Source: Omnitrophica bacterium GWA2_41_15 (GTDB lineage Bacteria; Omnitrophota; Gorgyraeia; Gygaellales; UBA12090). From it: a stretch of 64,000 nt of DNA. Every line of letters begins with the position of its first letter. The stretch's first letter is position 1. The translations under genes and the position numbers were made by a program. Under the pieces are notes generated by a model. The model saw nothing but the letters and a program-made list of their open reading frames with translations. It made no database searches and was not told where the DNA came from. Where the stretch lies: assembly GCA_919902675.1 (NCBI GenBank), contig CAKKRH010000023.1:12000-75999 (forward strand). The letters are read 5' to 3'. Below, one piece after another: positions 25,749 through 35,877 of this stretch.

Positions 25749-27050
25749 ATGCGCTGCGTCAGCCCTACGCTATATCCCCCAAAAAAGAACAGACCTTTTC
25801 TGCTTATTTTACCTCTATTCACCCTTCTGCTAAGCTTATATCTGGGACCGCGAAATAATCCTTCCTTCTTATTGCCTTACCTGTCTATCCCGGTAGGGAC
25901 AATCGTTTTATTTTTTGTTTTTTTAGAGCAAAAAAATAAGAAGGAACAGGGGCTTAATTCTGAGATAGAAGACCTTCAGGGACGAATCAATATCCTCTAC
26001 GACCAGCTTCAGATAGAGGAAACCAAGAATAAGGCCTTACATCTAAAACTTAAGAAATATGATAATTTGGCCTTGCTCACCGAAAAATTCAACCAAAATC
26101 TTTCTTTAGACGACGCCTTGAAATTACTGGCTAAAGAATGCTTCCAATTGCTGGGGCAGGAAAAAAGCACCTGCCTGATTTATCTTAGCGATAGTTATTC
26201 GGAGCTGTCTTTAGCCGGTTCTTACGGGCCGGCGGCGGACGATTCTGTCATCAAAGATAAAAAGGGGGATATCTTCAGCCAGTGGGCCTTAGCGCATACC
26301 CAGCCGCTTTTAGTTGAAGACACATCTTCTGATTTCCGCTTTGATAAGCAGACGGTAAAGAAAACATCCCAGCGAAAAATCAGCTCCTTGATTTCAAGTT
26401 GTCTCATCAGTCAAAACAGGCCGCTGGGAATACTACGTTTAGACTCACCCGAAAAAAAGCTCTGGACACTGGAAGACTTAAGGCTCCTAAACACCATAGC
26501 GGATATAGCCAGCATAGCTATTGACAATGCCAAATGCTACCAAAACATAAAAGAACTGGCAATTAAAGATTCCCTCACCGGACTCTACACCCATACACAT
26601 ATACTAGAAAGATTAGACGAAGAATTTAAGCGCTGTTTAGCCGATGAGAATTCTTTGTCGGTATTGATGCTGGATATAGATTTCTTTAAAAAATATAATG
26701 ACCGCTACGGACATCTGGCCGGAGATATAGTTTTAAAAAATCTAAGCCTCTGGCTTAAAGACGCGCTTAAAACTCAGGACGCGATTATCGGCCGCTTTGG
26801 GGGAGAAGAGTTCCTAGTGATCCTGCCGGCGGCTTCTAAACAAGAGGCGTTTTCTTTAGCCGAAAATACGCGCGCCTTCATCCAGGCCAAAACCATAAAT
26901 CTACGCCGCAATAAAACCGGCATTACGGTTTCAATCGGCGCGGCCGGATTTCCTCAGGATACCGACATAGCGGGAGATTTGATTAATAAGGCCGATACGG
27001 CTCTTTATAAGGCAAAGCGCTTAGGGAGAAATCGGGTATGCCTATTTTAG
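25749..27050 (+). CDS. Membrane-anchored GAF-GGDEF diguanylate cyclase
   Basis: N-terminal TM segments, a coiled coil, a GAF-like region, then GGDEF (DSLTGLYTHTH..., RFGGEEF, ALYKAKRLGRNRV). Confidence 0.8.
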   Translation: MRCVSPTLYPPKKNRPFLLILPLFTLLLSLYLGPRNNPSFLLPYLSIPVGTIVLFFVFLEQKNKKEQGLNSEIEDLQGRINILYDQLQIEETKNKALHLKLKKYDNLALLTEKFNQNLSLDDALKLLAKECFQLLGQEKSTCLIYLSDSYSELSLAGSYGPAADDSVIKDKKGDIFSQWALAHTQPLLVEDTSSDFRFDKQTVKKTSQRKISSLISSCLISQNRPLGILRLDSPEKKLWTLEDLRLLNTIADIASIAIDNAKCYQNIKELAIKDSLTGLYTHTHILERLDEEFKRCLADENSLSVLMLDIDFFKKYNDRYGHLAGDIVLKNLSLWLKDALKTQDAIIGRFGGEEFLVILPAASKQEAFSLAENTRAFIQAKTINLRRNKTGITVSIGAAGFPQDTDIAGDLINKADTALYKAKRLGRNRVCLF

Positions 27051-28027
27051 GATTACTGCTGGCGGCGTTAAGCGCGTTTTTTATTCTCCGCCGGATTAAG
27101 AAAAACCTTGATCTGGACTTAAGTAATTTCTCTCTGCTTATTCAGGCCAGAAACGAGTTGTTTCAAACCATAGAAAACAGGCTTAAATATATCCAGGATC
27201 ACAATCAGGCGCTGGCTAACTCTATTGAAACCGAATCCTCCATATACGAAGTCAGCAAAGAATTATCTAAATCAACTGATGAGGCAAGTATCATGAGCGC
27301 CTTCAAAGAAAAGATATCCGGCATCTTCAGCACCACGGAATGTTTTTTTAGTGATGACCGGCTCATAAAAAATAATATAGACTACAGCCTGTTTAAGTTT
27401 AGCGCCCAAGAACAAAAAACGCGCTATTTGGCAATTAAGGATTCAGGAAAGATAGACCGGGCGAAGATGGCCGTCCTCTTAATCCAGCTCGAACTCTCCC
27501 TGAAACGCGCGAGGCTTTTTGCTGAAATTCAAGAAATTTCTATTACCGACGGCCTCACCGGGCTCTACGCGCGGGGATATTTCTTGGAAAGGCTAAAACA
27601 AGAACTGATCAGGTCAAAACACAACAATTACCCTTTATCGTTCCTGCTTATTGACGTTGATAACTTTAAGACCTATAACGATACCTATGGGCACATAACC
27701 GGAGACGCCATTTTAAAGGAAATCGCCAAAATCCTGAAATATTCCCTGCGTCAAATAGATATGTGCGCCAGATACGGAGGTGAGGAACTCTGTATCTTGC
27801 TTCCGGAAACAGACAAAGGAGGCTCGTTCCTGGTGGCCCAGCGCCTATGCCAGAGCGTGGAAGAGGCGCGAATCCATGTCTATAACGAAAATATCAGATG
27901 CACCATAAGTATAGGTGTGGCCGTGTATCCTGACGACTCCCAATCGCTTAACGGCTTAATTGATAAAGCGGATAAAGCCCTCTATCAAGCCAAGGCCCAA
28001 GGCCGAAACCGGGTCTGCTCAAATTAA
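27038..28027 (+). CDS. GGDEF-domain diguanylate cyclase
   Basis: TDGLTGLYARGYF..., FLLIDVDNFKTYND, RYGGEEL and ALYQAKAQGRNRV. Overlaps the upstream GGDEF gene by 13 nt. Confidence 0.8.
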   Translation: MPILGLLLAALSAFFILRRIKKNLDLDLSNFSLLIQARNELFQTIENRLKYIQDHNQALANSIETESSIYEVSKELSKSTDEASIMSAFKEKISGIFSTTECFFSDDRLIKNNIDYSLFKFSAQEQKTRYLAIKDSGKIDRAKMAVLLIQLELSLKRARLFAEIQEISITDGLTGLYARGYFLERLKQELIRSKHNNYPLSFLLIDVDNFKTYNDTYGHITGDAILKEIAKILKYSLRQIDMCARYGGEELCILLPETDKGGSFLVAQRLCQSVEEARIHVYNENIRCTISIGVAVYPDDSQSLNGLIDKADKALYQAKAQGRNRVCSN

Positions 28028-28084
28028 ACCACTGACTAAAATTCCCTTGCAAAAAAAGACGATTTAAGCTACAATGCCTTTTCT

Positions 28085-29017
28085 ATGGCGAGGAACGAAA
28101 AACATATAATTGGCATAGACTTAGGCGCGACTAATATCAAAGTTGGCTTAATATATAAAGGCAAAATTATCTCCAAGAAAAGCCTGCCTACCCAGGATTT
28201 CCCTTCCCGCGAAAATTTGATTTTTGCTCTTGGCCGGACAACAGAAGAAATTTTATCCGAAGTTAATGTCCTCAAAAAAGATGTCCTGGGAATCGGTATC
28301 GGCTTACCCGGACCAATTGATTCCCTTAAGGGAATTGTTCATTATTTCCCCAATATCCCGGGCTGGCGCAATGTCCATTTAAGGGATATCCTGAAAAAAA
28401 GAACCGGCTTACCGGTATTTATTGATAACGATGCCAACTTGATGGCTTTAGCTGAAGCCAGGATAGGTTCAGCTAAAGGAAAAACTAATGTGGTAGGCAT
28501 CACCTTGGGCACCGGAGTCGGAGGCGGCATCATTATCCAGGGAAAATTATACCGCGGCTCAAGCCTTACCGCGGGTGAAATCGGGCACATCCCGCTTAAC
28601 GAATCCGGGCCTAAATGTCCCTGTGGAGGAAGCGCCTGCCTGGAGCGCTATGTAGGCAACAACCGGATATTGGATCAGGCCAAAAAATCCTTCGGAGAAA
28701 CAATCTCTTTAGAGGAATTAAGCCGCCTGGCTAAGAGTGGAAATAAAGAAGCGCGAAAAATCTGGGAAAACGCGGCGCGCCATTTAGGAATAGCCCTTTG
28801 CGGAGTAGTCAACTTCTTCAACCCGGACACTATAGTAATCGGCGGGGGGGTTGCCAATGCCGGAGAAATAATCTTTGACACAGTAAGAAAAGTTATCCGG
28901 GCACGCTCAATGCCCACTTCAGCCAGAGCCGTCCGGATAGTTAGAGCGAAATTAGGCAATGACGCCGGAATGATTGGGGCGGGGTTATTAGTCAAGGAAG
29001 AACTTCATAAGAGATGA
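28085..29017 (+). CDS. ROK-family glucokinase
   Basis: IGIDLGATNIKVGL, the ROK signature with zinc-binding Cys (CPCGGSACLERY), and GGGVANAG. Confidence 0.8.
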   Translation: MARNEKHIIGIDLGATNIKVGLIYKGKIISKKSLPTQDFPSRENLIFALGRTTEEILSEVNVLKKDVLGIGIGLPGPIDSLKGIVHYFPNIPGWRNVHLRDILKKRTGLPVFIDNDANLMALAEARIGSAKGKTNVVGITLGTGVGGGIIIQGKLYRGSSLTAGEIGHIPLNESGPKCPCGGSACLERYVGNNRILDQAKKSFGETISLEELSRLAKSGNKEARKIWENAARHLGIALCGVVNFFNPDTIVIGGGVANAGEIIFDTVRKVIRARSMPTSARAVRIVRAKLGNDAGMIGAGLLVKEELHKR

Positions 29018-31227
29018 AATTAAAAATAATTTTAACCGCGCTGATTTTTCTCCTGGGAACCAACAAGGTTTTACCGGCTGAATCCTCAATCAACCCCTCT
29101 GCAACCGATATTCAAGACGCGCAAGAAACAGAGAAACTCCCCGATATAACCGACAGTTTCAAACTGGATTCTGATGCCCCGATAACAGTCAATGGCGATA
29201 AAATTGAGTACTCCAAAGATACCAATGTTGTCATAGTTGAAGGGAACGTTGTGGTAACCAAAGGAGAATCGGTCCTCACCTGCGATCGAGCTACCGTAAA
29301 CACCCTAACCAACGATGCCCACGCCGAAGGCAATGTAATCTTAAAAGATAAAAAAGGCACCATCAAGGCCAAATCCTGCGACTTTAATTTTAAAACTAAA
29401 ACCGGCCAGGCCTTTGACGCCACCTTAGCCTACCTACCATACTATGGACAAGGAAAAATCATCAAGAAGGTATCCGAGGACGAAATCCAGATAAAGAACG
29501 GATATTTTACCACCTGCGACCACGAAGGCCGCCCGCACTACCGCATTCAAAGCCGCCTGCTGGAATTGTTTCCCGAAGACAAGGTTACCACCCGGGCAAT
29601 GACCTTTCGGGTAGCCAATACCCCGATAATCTATATGCCCAAATATACCCAGAATCTAAAAGATGACCGGATGCATGTCCAGGTTACTCCGGGAAAGAGC
29701 AAGGATTGGGGGCTTTTTATTTTGACTGCCTGGAGGTATGATTTTCTGGCAAATTCCGGAGGCCGAATCCATCTTGACTACCGGGAGAAGAAGGAGCTGG
29801 CCTGGGGAATTGATAATTACTATGACACCAAGGTTGCCGGTAAAGGCTATTTCAAAACCTATTATATGAACGAAAGGAAGCTGGGAAGAAAACATCTCTA
29901 TAAATATCCCGTGACTCTTAAAGCTACCGATGATACCGAACGCTACCGTATCCAGTGGCGGCATAAATGGGAAGTGGATAAAAATACCTATTGGCTGGCT
30001 GAATATCACAAAATAAGAGATACCAAATTCATCAAGGATTATTTCTTCCGTGAATATGAAAAGGAGAGCCAGCCAACTTCGTATATCCTCTATAACAGGA
30101 TTCTTCCGGACTACTCCAATCTTAGCATACTCAACCAGAAACGCACCAACCGCATCTTCACCGAAACCGAGAAACTCCCGGAAATAAAACACGATAAGGC
30201 CAGCACCCAGATCTTTGAGACCCCGCTCTATTTCAGCAACAATGCCTCCTATGCCAGCTTTAACAAGAAATTCGCCACCTATCCCGCGCCCACCGACGAG
30301 GATGATTCCAACCAAAAATTAGATAATTACACCAGGCTATCCCTGCCTTTTAAACTGGCCTTTCTTGACCTTAATCCCTATACCGGAACCCGCGAGACCT
30401 ATTACCGCCGGATTGCCGGAAGGGAGGTGGGCGTATTCCGGGAAGTCTGGGACAGCGGAATTAATCTGACTACCAGATTTTACCGTATTTTTGACGTAGA
30501 CGCGGATATCTGGGGTATGGAGTTTAATAAACTCCGTCATATCATCAGCCCGAATATAGGCTGGGCCTATACTCACCCTCCCACGGTCAGCGCCTCAAAG
30601 TTGATTGACCTGGATTCCATCGGCGAAGCCAACCAGATAGATATGTCCCTGGAAAACAAACTCCAGACCAAACGCCGCAACAAAACCGTGGATTTTCTGC
30701 GCCTGCTCACCAGCAATAACTACTATTTCAATATTGAAGGCAGAAACCGCCGCTGGAACCATAATGTCGCTTTTGATCTGGAGGCCATTCCCTATGACTG
30801 GCTGAGGTTTGAGACTGACGCCAACCTGGACCGTAAAAAGAAGTATTTCACCTCCGCCAATTTTGACCTTAAGGCCTCCGGCAAGACCGTCTCCTGGGGG
30901 GGCGGATACCGCTATGAAAGAAAGTCCAGCAGTCAGATGACCGGAGAAATCTTATTTGACCTGATTAAAGGCTGGTCATTTAAAGTCTATCAAAGGCTTC
31001 AATTTAAAGGCAATAGTCTACTCAAAGAACAGAATTATGTCGTTTCCAAGGAACTGCACTGCTGGATTTTAGATGTGAATTATAACGTCTTAAGGGAGCG
31101 GGGAGAAACCATCTGGCTGGTTTTAAGGCTGAAGGCCTTCCCGGAGATGTCTATTGACTACAACCAAAACTATCACGACCCCAAACCTCTTTCCCAGGGG
31201 TATGCCGAAGGCAGGTCGTCAGATTAA
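29014..31227 (+). CDS. lptD: LPS-assembly outer-membrane protein LptD (OstA family)
   Basis: Signal peptide, then an OstA N-domain pattern (ITVNGDKIEY.....VIVEGNVVVTKGESVLTCDRATVN...AEGNVILKD), then a large aromatic-rich beta-barrel-like C-terminal region. Confidence 0.75.
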   Translation: MKLKIILTALIFLLGTNKVLPAESSINPSATDIQDAQETEKLPDITDSFKLDSDAPITVNGDKIEYSKDTNVVIVEGNVVVTKGESVLTCDRATVNTLTNDAHAEGNVILKDKKGTIKAKSCDFNFKTKTGQAFDATLAYLPYYGQGKIIKKVSEDEIQIKNGYFTTCDHEGRPHYRIQSRLLELFPEDKVTTRAMTFRVANTPIIYMPKYTQNLKDDRMHVQVTPGKSKDWGLFILTAWRYDFLANSGGRIHLDYREKKELAWGIDNYYDTKVAGKGYFKTYYMNERKLGRKHLYKYPVTLKATDDTERYRIQWRHKWEVDKNTYWLAEYHKIRDTKFIKDYFFREYEKESQPTSYILYNRILPDYSNLSILNQKRTNRIFTETEKLPEIKHDKASTQIFETPLYFSNNASYASFNKKFATYPAPTDEDDSNQKLDNYTRLSLPFKLAFLDLNPYTGTRETYYRRIAGREVGVFREVWDSGINLTTRFYRIFDVDADIWGMEFNKLRHIISPNIGWAYTHPPTVSASKLIDLDSIGEANQIDMSLENKLQTKRRNKTVDFLRLLTSNNYYFNIEGRNRRWNHNVAFDLEAIPYDWLRFETDANLDRKKKYFTSANFDLKASGKTVSWGGGYRYERKSSSQMTGEILFDLIKGWSFKVYQRLQFKGNSLLKEQNYVVSKELHCWILDVNYNVLRERGETIWLVLRLKAFPEMSIDYNQNYHDPKPLSQGYAEGRSSD

Positions 31228-31238
31228 AAAGGAGAAAA

Positions 31239-32552
31239 ATGAATATCACAATTATTGGAACCGGATACGTAGGCCTGGTTACCGGGGCATGTCTGGCGGA
31301 TTTAGGCAATAAGGTAACCTGCGCCGACAACGACAAGACAAAAATAGCCGCGCTCAAGAAAATGATAATACCTATCTATGAGCCCGGCCTGGAGGATGTG
31401 GTCAGGCGCAACGCCAGAGAGAAACGGCTCAATTTTACCTCGGATGTTAAAGAAGCGATTAAAAAGGCAGAGATTATCTTTATTGCCGTAGGCACCCCAT
31501 CCCTGGATAATGGAGAGGCGGATTTAACCGGAGTGGAGAATGTAGCCAAAACTATAGCCCAGAATATGAACGGCTATAAACTGATTGTGGAGAAATCTAC
31601 GGTTCCGGTTGAAACCGGTTCCTGGGTAGAACACACCATCAGGGTTAACCTGCCTAAAAGCAAAAAAGCTAAATTCAAATTTGATGTTGCCTCTAACCCG
31701 GAATTTTTACGGGAAGGCCAGGCCATAAACGATTTTATGAACCCGGACAGAATTGTCATAGGCGTAGAATCCGAAACCGCTAAAAATTTACTGCTTGAGC
31801 TTTACAGGCCGCTTAACACCACTATCATCGTAACTGATATAAAATCAGCGGAAATCATTAAACACGCCTCAAATTCGTTTTTGGCGGTTAAAATTTCATT
31901 TATCAACGCCATTTCCCGAGTCTGCGAATCTACCGGAGCGGATGTAGTCAAGGTGGCCGAAGGCATGGGCTTAGACAAAAGAATCGGCCGGGCATTCCTA
32001 GACGCCGGAATCGGCTACGGCGGCTCCTGTTTTCCTAAAGACCTGGATGCCTTTATCACCATAGCCAAGAAAAACGGATATGATTTTCAACTGCTTAAGG
32101 CAACAAGAGATGTTAACGATTCCCAAAAAAAACTCCTGGTTAAAAAGATCAAAGACGCGCTCTGGCTTTTAAAAGACAAACAGATAGGCGTATTAGGGCT
32201 TTCTTTTAAGCCCAACACCGATGACCTCCGTAGCGCCCCGGCTATAGAGATAATAAAACAATTGCAAGCCGAAGGCGCTAAGATAAAGGCCTTTGATCCC
32301 CAGAGCATGGATAAGGCCAAAAATATCCTGCCGGGAGTAAAGCTTTGTAAAGATGTATATGAAACCGCCCGGAACTCCGACTGCCTGGTTATTGCTACCG
32401 AGTGGAATGAGTTTAAAAAACTGGATTTACGGGCACTAAAGAAAATTATGCTCCAGCCGATAATCGTTGACGGAAGAAACATCTACGACCCTAAGGAGAT
32501 GCTCAATTCAGGCTTTCGTTACATCGGCATAGGAAGGACATTGGAAAAATGA
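31239..32552 (+). CDS. ugd: UDP-glucose 6-dehydrogenase
   Basis: MNITIIGTGYVGLVTGACLA.., catalytic GYGGSCFPKD, and the UDP-binding C-terminal domain. Confidence 0.9.
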   Translation: MNITIIGTGYVGLVTGACLADLGNKVTCADNDKTKIAALKKMIIPIYEPGLEDVVRRNAREKRLNFTSDVKEAIKKAEIIFIAVGTPSLDNGEADLTGVENVAKTIAQNMNGYKLIVEKSTVPVETGSWVEHTIRVNLPKSKKAKFKFDVASNPEFLREGQAINDFMNPDRIVIGVESETAKNLLLELYRPLNTTIIVTDIKSAEIIKHASNSFLAVKISFINAISRVCESTGADVVKVAEGMGLDKRIGRAFLDAGIGYGGSCFPKDLDAFITIAKKNGYDFQLLKATRDVNDSQKKLLVKKIKDALWLLKDKQIGVLGLSFKPNTDDLRSAPAIEIIKQLQAEGAKIKAFDPQSMDKAKNILPGVKLCKDVYETARNSDCLVIATEWNEFKKLDLRALKKIMLQPIIVDGRNIYDPKEMLNSGFRYIGIGRTLEK

Positions 32553-33004
32553 GCCAAATGATCAGCGGAGTAAAAATAAAAAAATTAAAATTAGTCTGTG
32601 ATGAACGCGGCCGGTTGATGGAAATTTTAAGACACGACGATGAAATCTTCGCCAAATTCGGCCAGGTTTATTTTACCACTGCCTTCCCGGGCGTGGTTAA
32701 GGCCTGGCACTACCATCGAAAACAGGACGATCATTTTACCTGTGTCAAGGGTAAAATAAGGCTTGTACTCTATGATGCCCGGCCAGGATCCAAAACCTAT
32801 AAAAAAATAAACGTCTTTGAGCTGAGCCTGGAGGAGCCGATTTTGGTAAAAATACCCAAAGAGGTATACCACGGCTTTAAATGCGTCAGTCCTGATGAGG
32901 CGATAGTAATCAACGTTCCCACCTTTGCCTATAACCGCGCAAAACCCGATGAATACCGTTTGGATGCCCTGGATAATGCTATACCATATGATTGGAGAAA
33001 ATAA
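32549..33004 (+). CDS. rmlC: Short-form dTDP-4-dehydrorhamnose 3,5-epimerase-like cupin
   Basis: 151-aa cupin (…VKAWHYHRKQDDHFTCVKGKIRLVLYDARPGS...). It is embedded in, and translationally coupled to, the rmlA/B/D-like genes. Confidence 0.6.
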   Translation: MSQMISGVKIKKLKLVCDERGRLMEILRHDDEIFAKFGQVYFTTAFPGVVKAWHYHRKQDDHFTCVKGKIRLVLYDARPGSKTYKKINVFELSLEEPILVKIPKEVYHGFKCVSPDEAIVINVPTFAYNRAKPDEYRLDALDNAIPYDWRK

Positions 33005-33769
33005 ATGACGGATGTCTCCGGGCTAAAAGGCGTAATCCTGGCCGGCGGATTAGGAAAGCGCCTTGAGCCCTTAACCCGAATTACCAACAAGCATTTGCTT
33101 CCGATTTATAACAAACCGATGGTTTACTATCCGCTGGAAACCCTGGTTGAGGCCGGGATAAAAGATATAATGATAGTCACCGGAGGAAACAACGCCGGAG
33201 ATTTCCTAAGGCTTATAGGTAACGGCCAGGAATTCGGCCTCAGGCACATTAACTATACCTACCAGAGAGGGGAAGGCGGAATTGCCGAGGCCTTGAGGCT
33301 GGCCGAACATTTTGTTGACGGCTCAAAAGTAGTGGTTATTCTGGGAGACAACTTAATCGGATGCTCAATAAAAAAATACGTGGAAAAATTCTTAAAGCAG
33401 GAAAATGGAGCCAGGGTCCTGCTTAAAGAAGTAAAAGACCCGGAAAGATTCGGGGTTGCTGAAATCAAGGACGGAAAGATTTTATCCATTGAGGAAAAAC
33501 CCAGGAAACCAAAATCCAAATACGCGGTTACCGGTATATATATGTATGATTACCGGGTATTTGATATCGCTAAAACCCTGAAACCCTCACAGCGCGGCGA
33601 ACTCGAAATCACCGACGTAAATAATTTTTACCTAAAGCGCGAAGAACTCTATTACGATACCTTAAGCGGCTGGTGGACCGACTGCGGCCTGCCGGAGACC
33701 CTGTATCGGGCGGCTACGCTGGCGAGAAAAAAAATACTACGAGAAAAATGTTTAAACTCTAAACCATAA
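33005..33769 (+). CDS. rmlA: Glucose-1-phosphate thymidylyltransferase-like sugar nucleotidyltransferase
   Basis: GVILAGGLGKRLEPLTRITNKHLLPIYNKPMVYYPL... and GGIAEAL..., the short RmlA-type form. Confidence 0.75.
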   Translation: MTDVSGLKGVILAGGLGKRLEPLTRITNKHLLPIYNKPMVYYPLETLVEAGIKDIMIVTGGNNAGDFLRLIGNGQEFGLRHINYTYQRGEGGIAEALRLAEHFVDGSKVVVILGDNLIGCSIKKYVEKFLKQENGARVLLKEVKDPERFGVAEIKDGKILSIEEKPRKPKSKYAVTGIYMYDYRVFDIAKTLKPSQRGELEITDVNNFYLKREELYYDTLSGWWTDCGLPETLYRAATLARKKILREKCLNSKP

Positions 33770-33879
33770 ACCCTAAATCCTAAATAAACCCAAAATCTAA
33801 AATCCTAAACCCAAAACACATGTTTTGAGTTTTAAGTTTGGTGTTTTGAGTTTGTTTAGGGTTTAGAGTTTAGGGTTTT
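33754..33879. repeat. Long intergenic palindrome with CCCTAAA / TTTAGGG-type heptamer arms, copy 2
   Basis: aaactctaaaccataaaccctaaatcctaaataaacccaaaatctaaaatcctaaacccaaaacacatg is mirrored by catgttttgagttttaagtttggtgttttgagtttgtttagggtttagagtttagggtttt. The left arm starts inside the last codons of the rmlA-like gene. It shares ttttgagtttgtttagRgtttag with copy 1. Confidence 0.75.
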
Positions 33880-33910
33880 AATGTTTTCTATTGGCTTAAC
33901 AAAGAATGAT

Positions 33911-34867
33911 ATGAGATTATTAATTACCGGAGGGGCGGGATTTATCGGCTCTAATTTCATCCGGCATATATTAACTAAATATCCGGATTACAAAATAATC
34001 AATCTGGATAAACTCACCTACGCCGGAAACCCGGAAAACCTAAGAGCTGTCGAGAAAAACAAAAACTATGCCTTCATAAAAGGAGATATCAACGATACAA
34101 AATTAGTTGAGAAGATACTCACCTCTTGCGACATTTTGATAAATTTTGCCGCCTCAACCCATGTTGACCGCTCAATCAAAGACGCCTCAGACTTTATCCG
34201 CGCTAATATCCAGGGAACCTATTCCCTGCTTGAGGCCGCCAGACACAAAAAATTAAAGCTCTTCCTGCAGATTTCCACAGATGAGGTTTATGGCAGTATT
34301 CTTGAGGGTAAATCCCGGGAAAAAGACCCGCTTGAACCAAACAGCCCTTACTCAGCCAGCAAGGCCTCAGCAGACCATTTAGTCAGGTCTTATCATATCA
34401 CCTATAAACTTCCGACTATAATCACCCGCTCTTCCAATAATTTCGGCCCCTATCAATATCCGGAGAAGGCCATTCCCTTGTTTGTGACCAACCTGCTGGA
34501 AGAAAAGAAAATCCCCCTTTACGGAGACGGATTAAATTGCCGAGACTGGATCTTTGTCCTGGATAATTGCCGGGCGATTGACACGGTTATGCATAAAGGA
34601 AAGACGGGCGAAATTTACAATATCGCAACCGAAAGCGAAATTCCCAACATTCTTCTGGTAAAGAAAATCCTTTCCTTGACGCGAAAACCCGCCAGTTTAA
34701 TTAAATATGTCCCGGACCGGCCCGGACACGACCGCAGGTACGCCCTTAATTGCGCTAAATTAAGAAACTTGGGCTGGCAAAAGGAATTTAAATTAGGGCC
34801 GGCGCTAAAAATAACCATAGACTGGTATAAAAATAACCAAAGCTGGTGGAAAAAGCTAAAAAAATAA
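33911..34867 (+). CDS. rmlB: dTDP-glucose 4,6-dehydratase
   Basis: MRLLITGGAGFIGSNF..., YSASKASADHL. The track ORF starts at 33881, but the ATG at 33911 gives the canonical N-terminus and clears the palindrome. Confidence 0.9.
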   Translation: MRLLITGGAGFIGSNFIRHILTKYPDYKIINLDKLTYAGNPENLRAVEKNKNYAFIKGDINDTKLVEKILTSCDILINFAASTHVDRSIKDASDFIRANIQGTYSLLEAARHKKLKLFLQISTDEVYGSILEGKSREKDPLEPNSPYSASKASADHLVRSYHITYKLPTIITRSSNNFGPYQYPEKAIPLFVTNLLEEKKIPLYGDGLNCRDWIFVLDNCRAIDTVMHKGKTGEIYNIATESEIPNILLVKKILSLTRKPASLIKYVPDRPGHDRRYALNCAKLRNLGWQKEFKLGPALKITIDWYKNNQSWWKKLKK

Positions 34868-35730
34868 TCCTGCTCCTGGGCGCCAGGGGAATGCTGGGCG
34901 CGGCCTTAGCCGAAAGATTAAACCGGGAATACAAAGTAATCGCCCTGGGGCATAATGAGTGCGATGTTACCGATTTTAAGCAGGTGGCGCGGATATTTGG
35001 CCGCTGGCGGCCATGGCTAGCGCTTAATGCCGCGGCTATGACTAATGTTGATACCTGCCAAGAGGATCCTAAAAAAGCCCGCGCGGTAAACGCGAAGGGG
35101 CCTTATAATATCGCGCAATCCGCCGCGAAATATAATTCAGTTGTAATTCATATCAGCACGGATTATGTCTTCAGCGGCAGAAAAAACAGGCCCTATCAGG
35201 AAAACGACCACGCGCACCCGGTAAATATCTACGGAGAAACTAAATTGGAAGGAGAAAAACTACTCCGGAAAACGCTTAAAAGACACATCATTATCCGGAC
35301 TTCCTGGCTTTTCGGAAAAGGAAAAGATAATTTTATCAGCAATATTATTAAGCGCGCGCGCAAGGAAAAAGTTCTAAGAATAGCCTGCGATAAATATTCC
35401 TCACCCACCTATACCCTGGATTTAGCCCGGGCAATAGCTAAAATCATCAATTTAATTAACAGTTGTGCTTATCAGGATACATCTTACGGGACATACCATA
35501 TCTCTAATTCCGGATACTGCTCTTGGTATGAGTATGCCAAGGTAATATTAAAATCCGCGAAGATAGCCCGAGTAAAATTAGAGCCGGTAAAAATGCGTCA
35601 AATCAATTTCAAGGCAAGGAGGCCGGTCTTTTCAGCTTTAGATAATACCAAATACCTAAGATTAACCGGAAAACCTCCCAGGAAATGGCAAACGGCAGTT
35701 AAAGATTATATCGAGCACGAATATATGTAA
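34846..35730 (+). CDS. rmlD: dTDP-4-dehydrorhamnose reductase
   Basis: ILLLGARGMLG..., a typical RmlD length, and the YGETKLEGE motif. Confidence 0.85.
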   Translation: MEKAKKIILLLGARGMLGAALAERLNREYKVIALGHNECDVTDFKQVARIFGRWRPWLALNAAAMTNVDTCQEDPKKARAVNAKGPYNIAQSAAKYNSVVIHISTDYVFSGRKNRPYQENDHAHPVNIYGETKLEGEKLLRKTLKRHIIIRTSWLFGKGKDNFISNIIKRARKEKVLRIACDKYSSPTYTLDLARAIAKIINLINSCAYQDTSYGTYHISNSGYCSWYEYAKVILKSAKIARVKLEPVKMRQINFKARRPVFSALDNTKYLRLTGKPPRKWQTAVKDYIEHEYM

Positions 35731-35768
35731 AAGGATGTAAGAGGATGTAAAAGGATGCTACTATTTAC

Positions 35769-35797
35769 TTGACATATTTTTCAAAAGATTGTATATT
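35769..35797 (+). promoter_or_regulatory. Sigma-70-type promoter (TTGACA-N17-TATATT)
   Basis: ttgaca at 35769-35774, a 17-nt spacer, tatatt at 35792-35797. A perfect palindrome follows immediately. Confidence 0.6.
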
Positions 35798-35832
35798 AAA
35801 ACTGTTGAAAAACCCTGTTTTTCAACAGTTTT
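35798..35832 (+). promoter_or_regulatory. Perfect 16-bp-arm palindrome at the predicted transcription start (operator or 5' hairpin)
   Basis: aaaactgttgaaaaac-cct-gtttttcaacagtttt. Confidence 0.6.
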
Positions 35833-35877
35833 ATCCTGAGGAGGGACGTAAGTCCCGACGAAGGATCTTATACAGAA

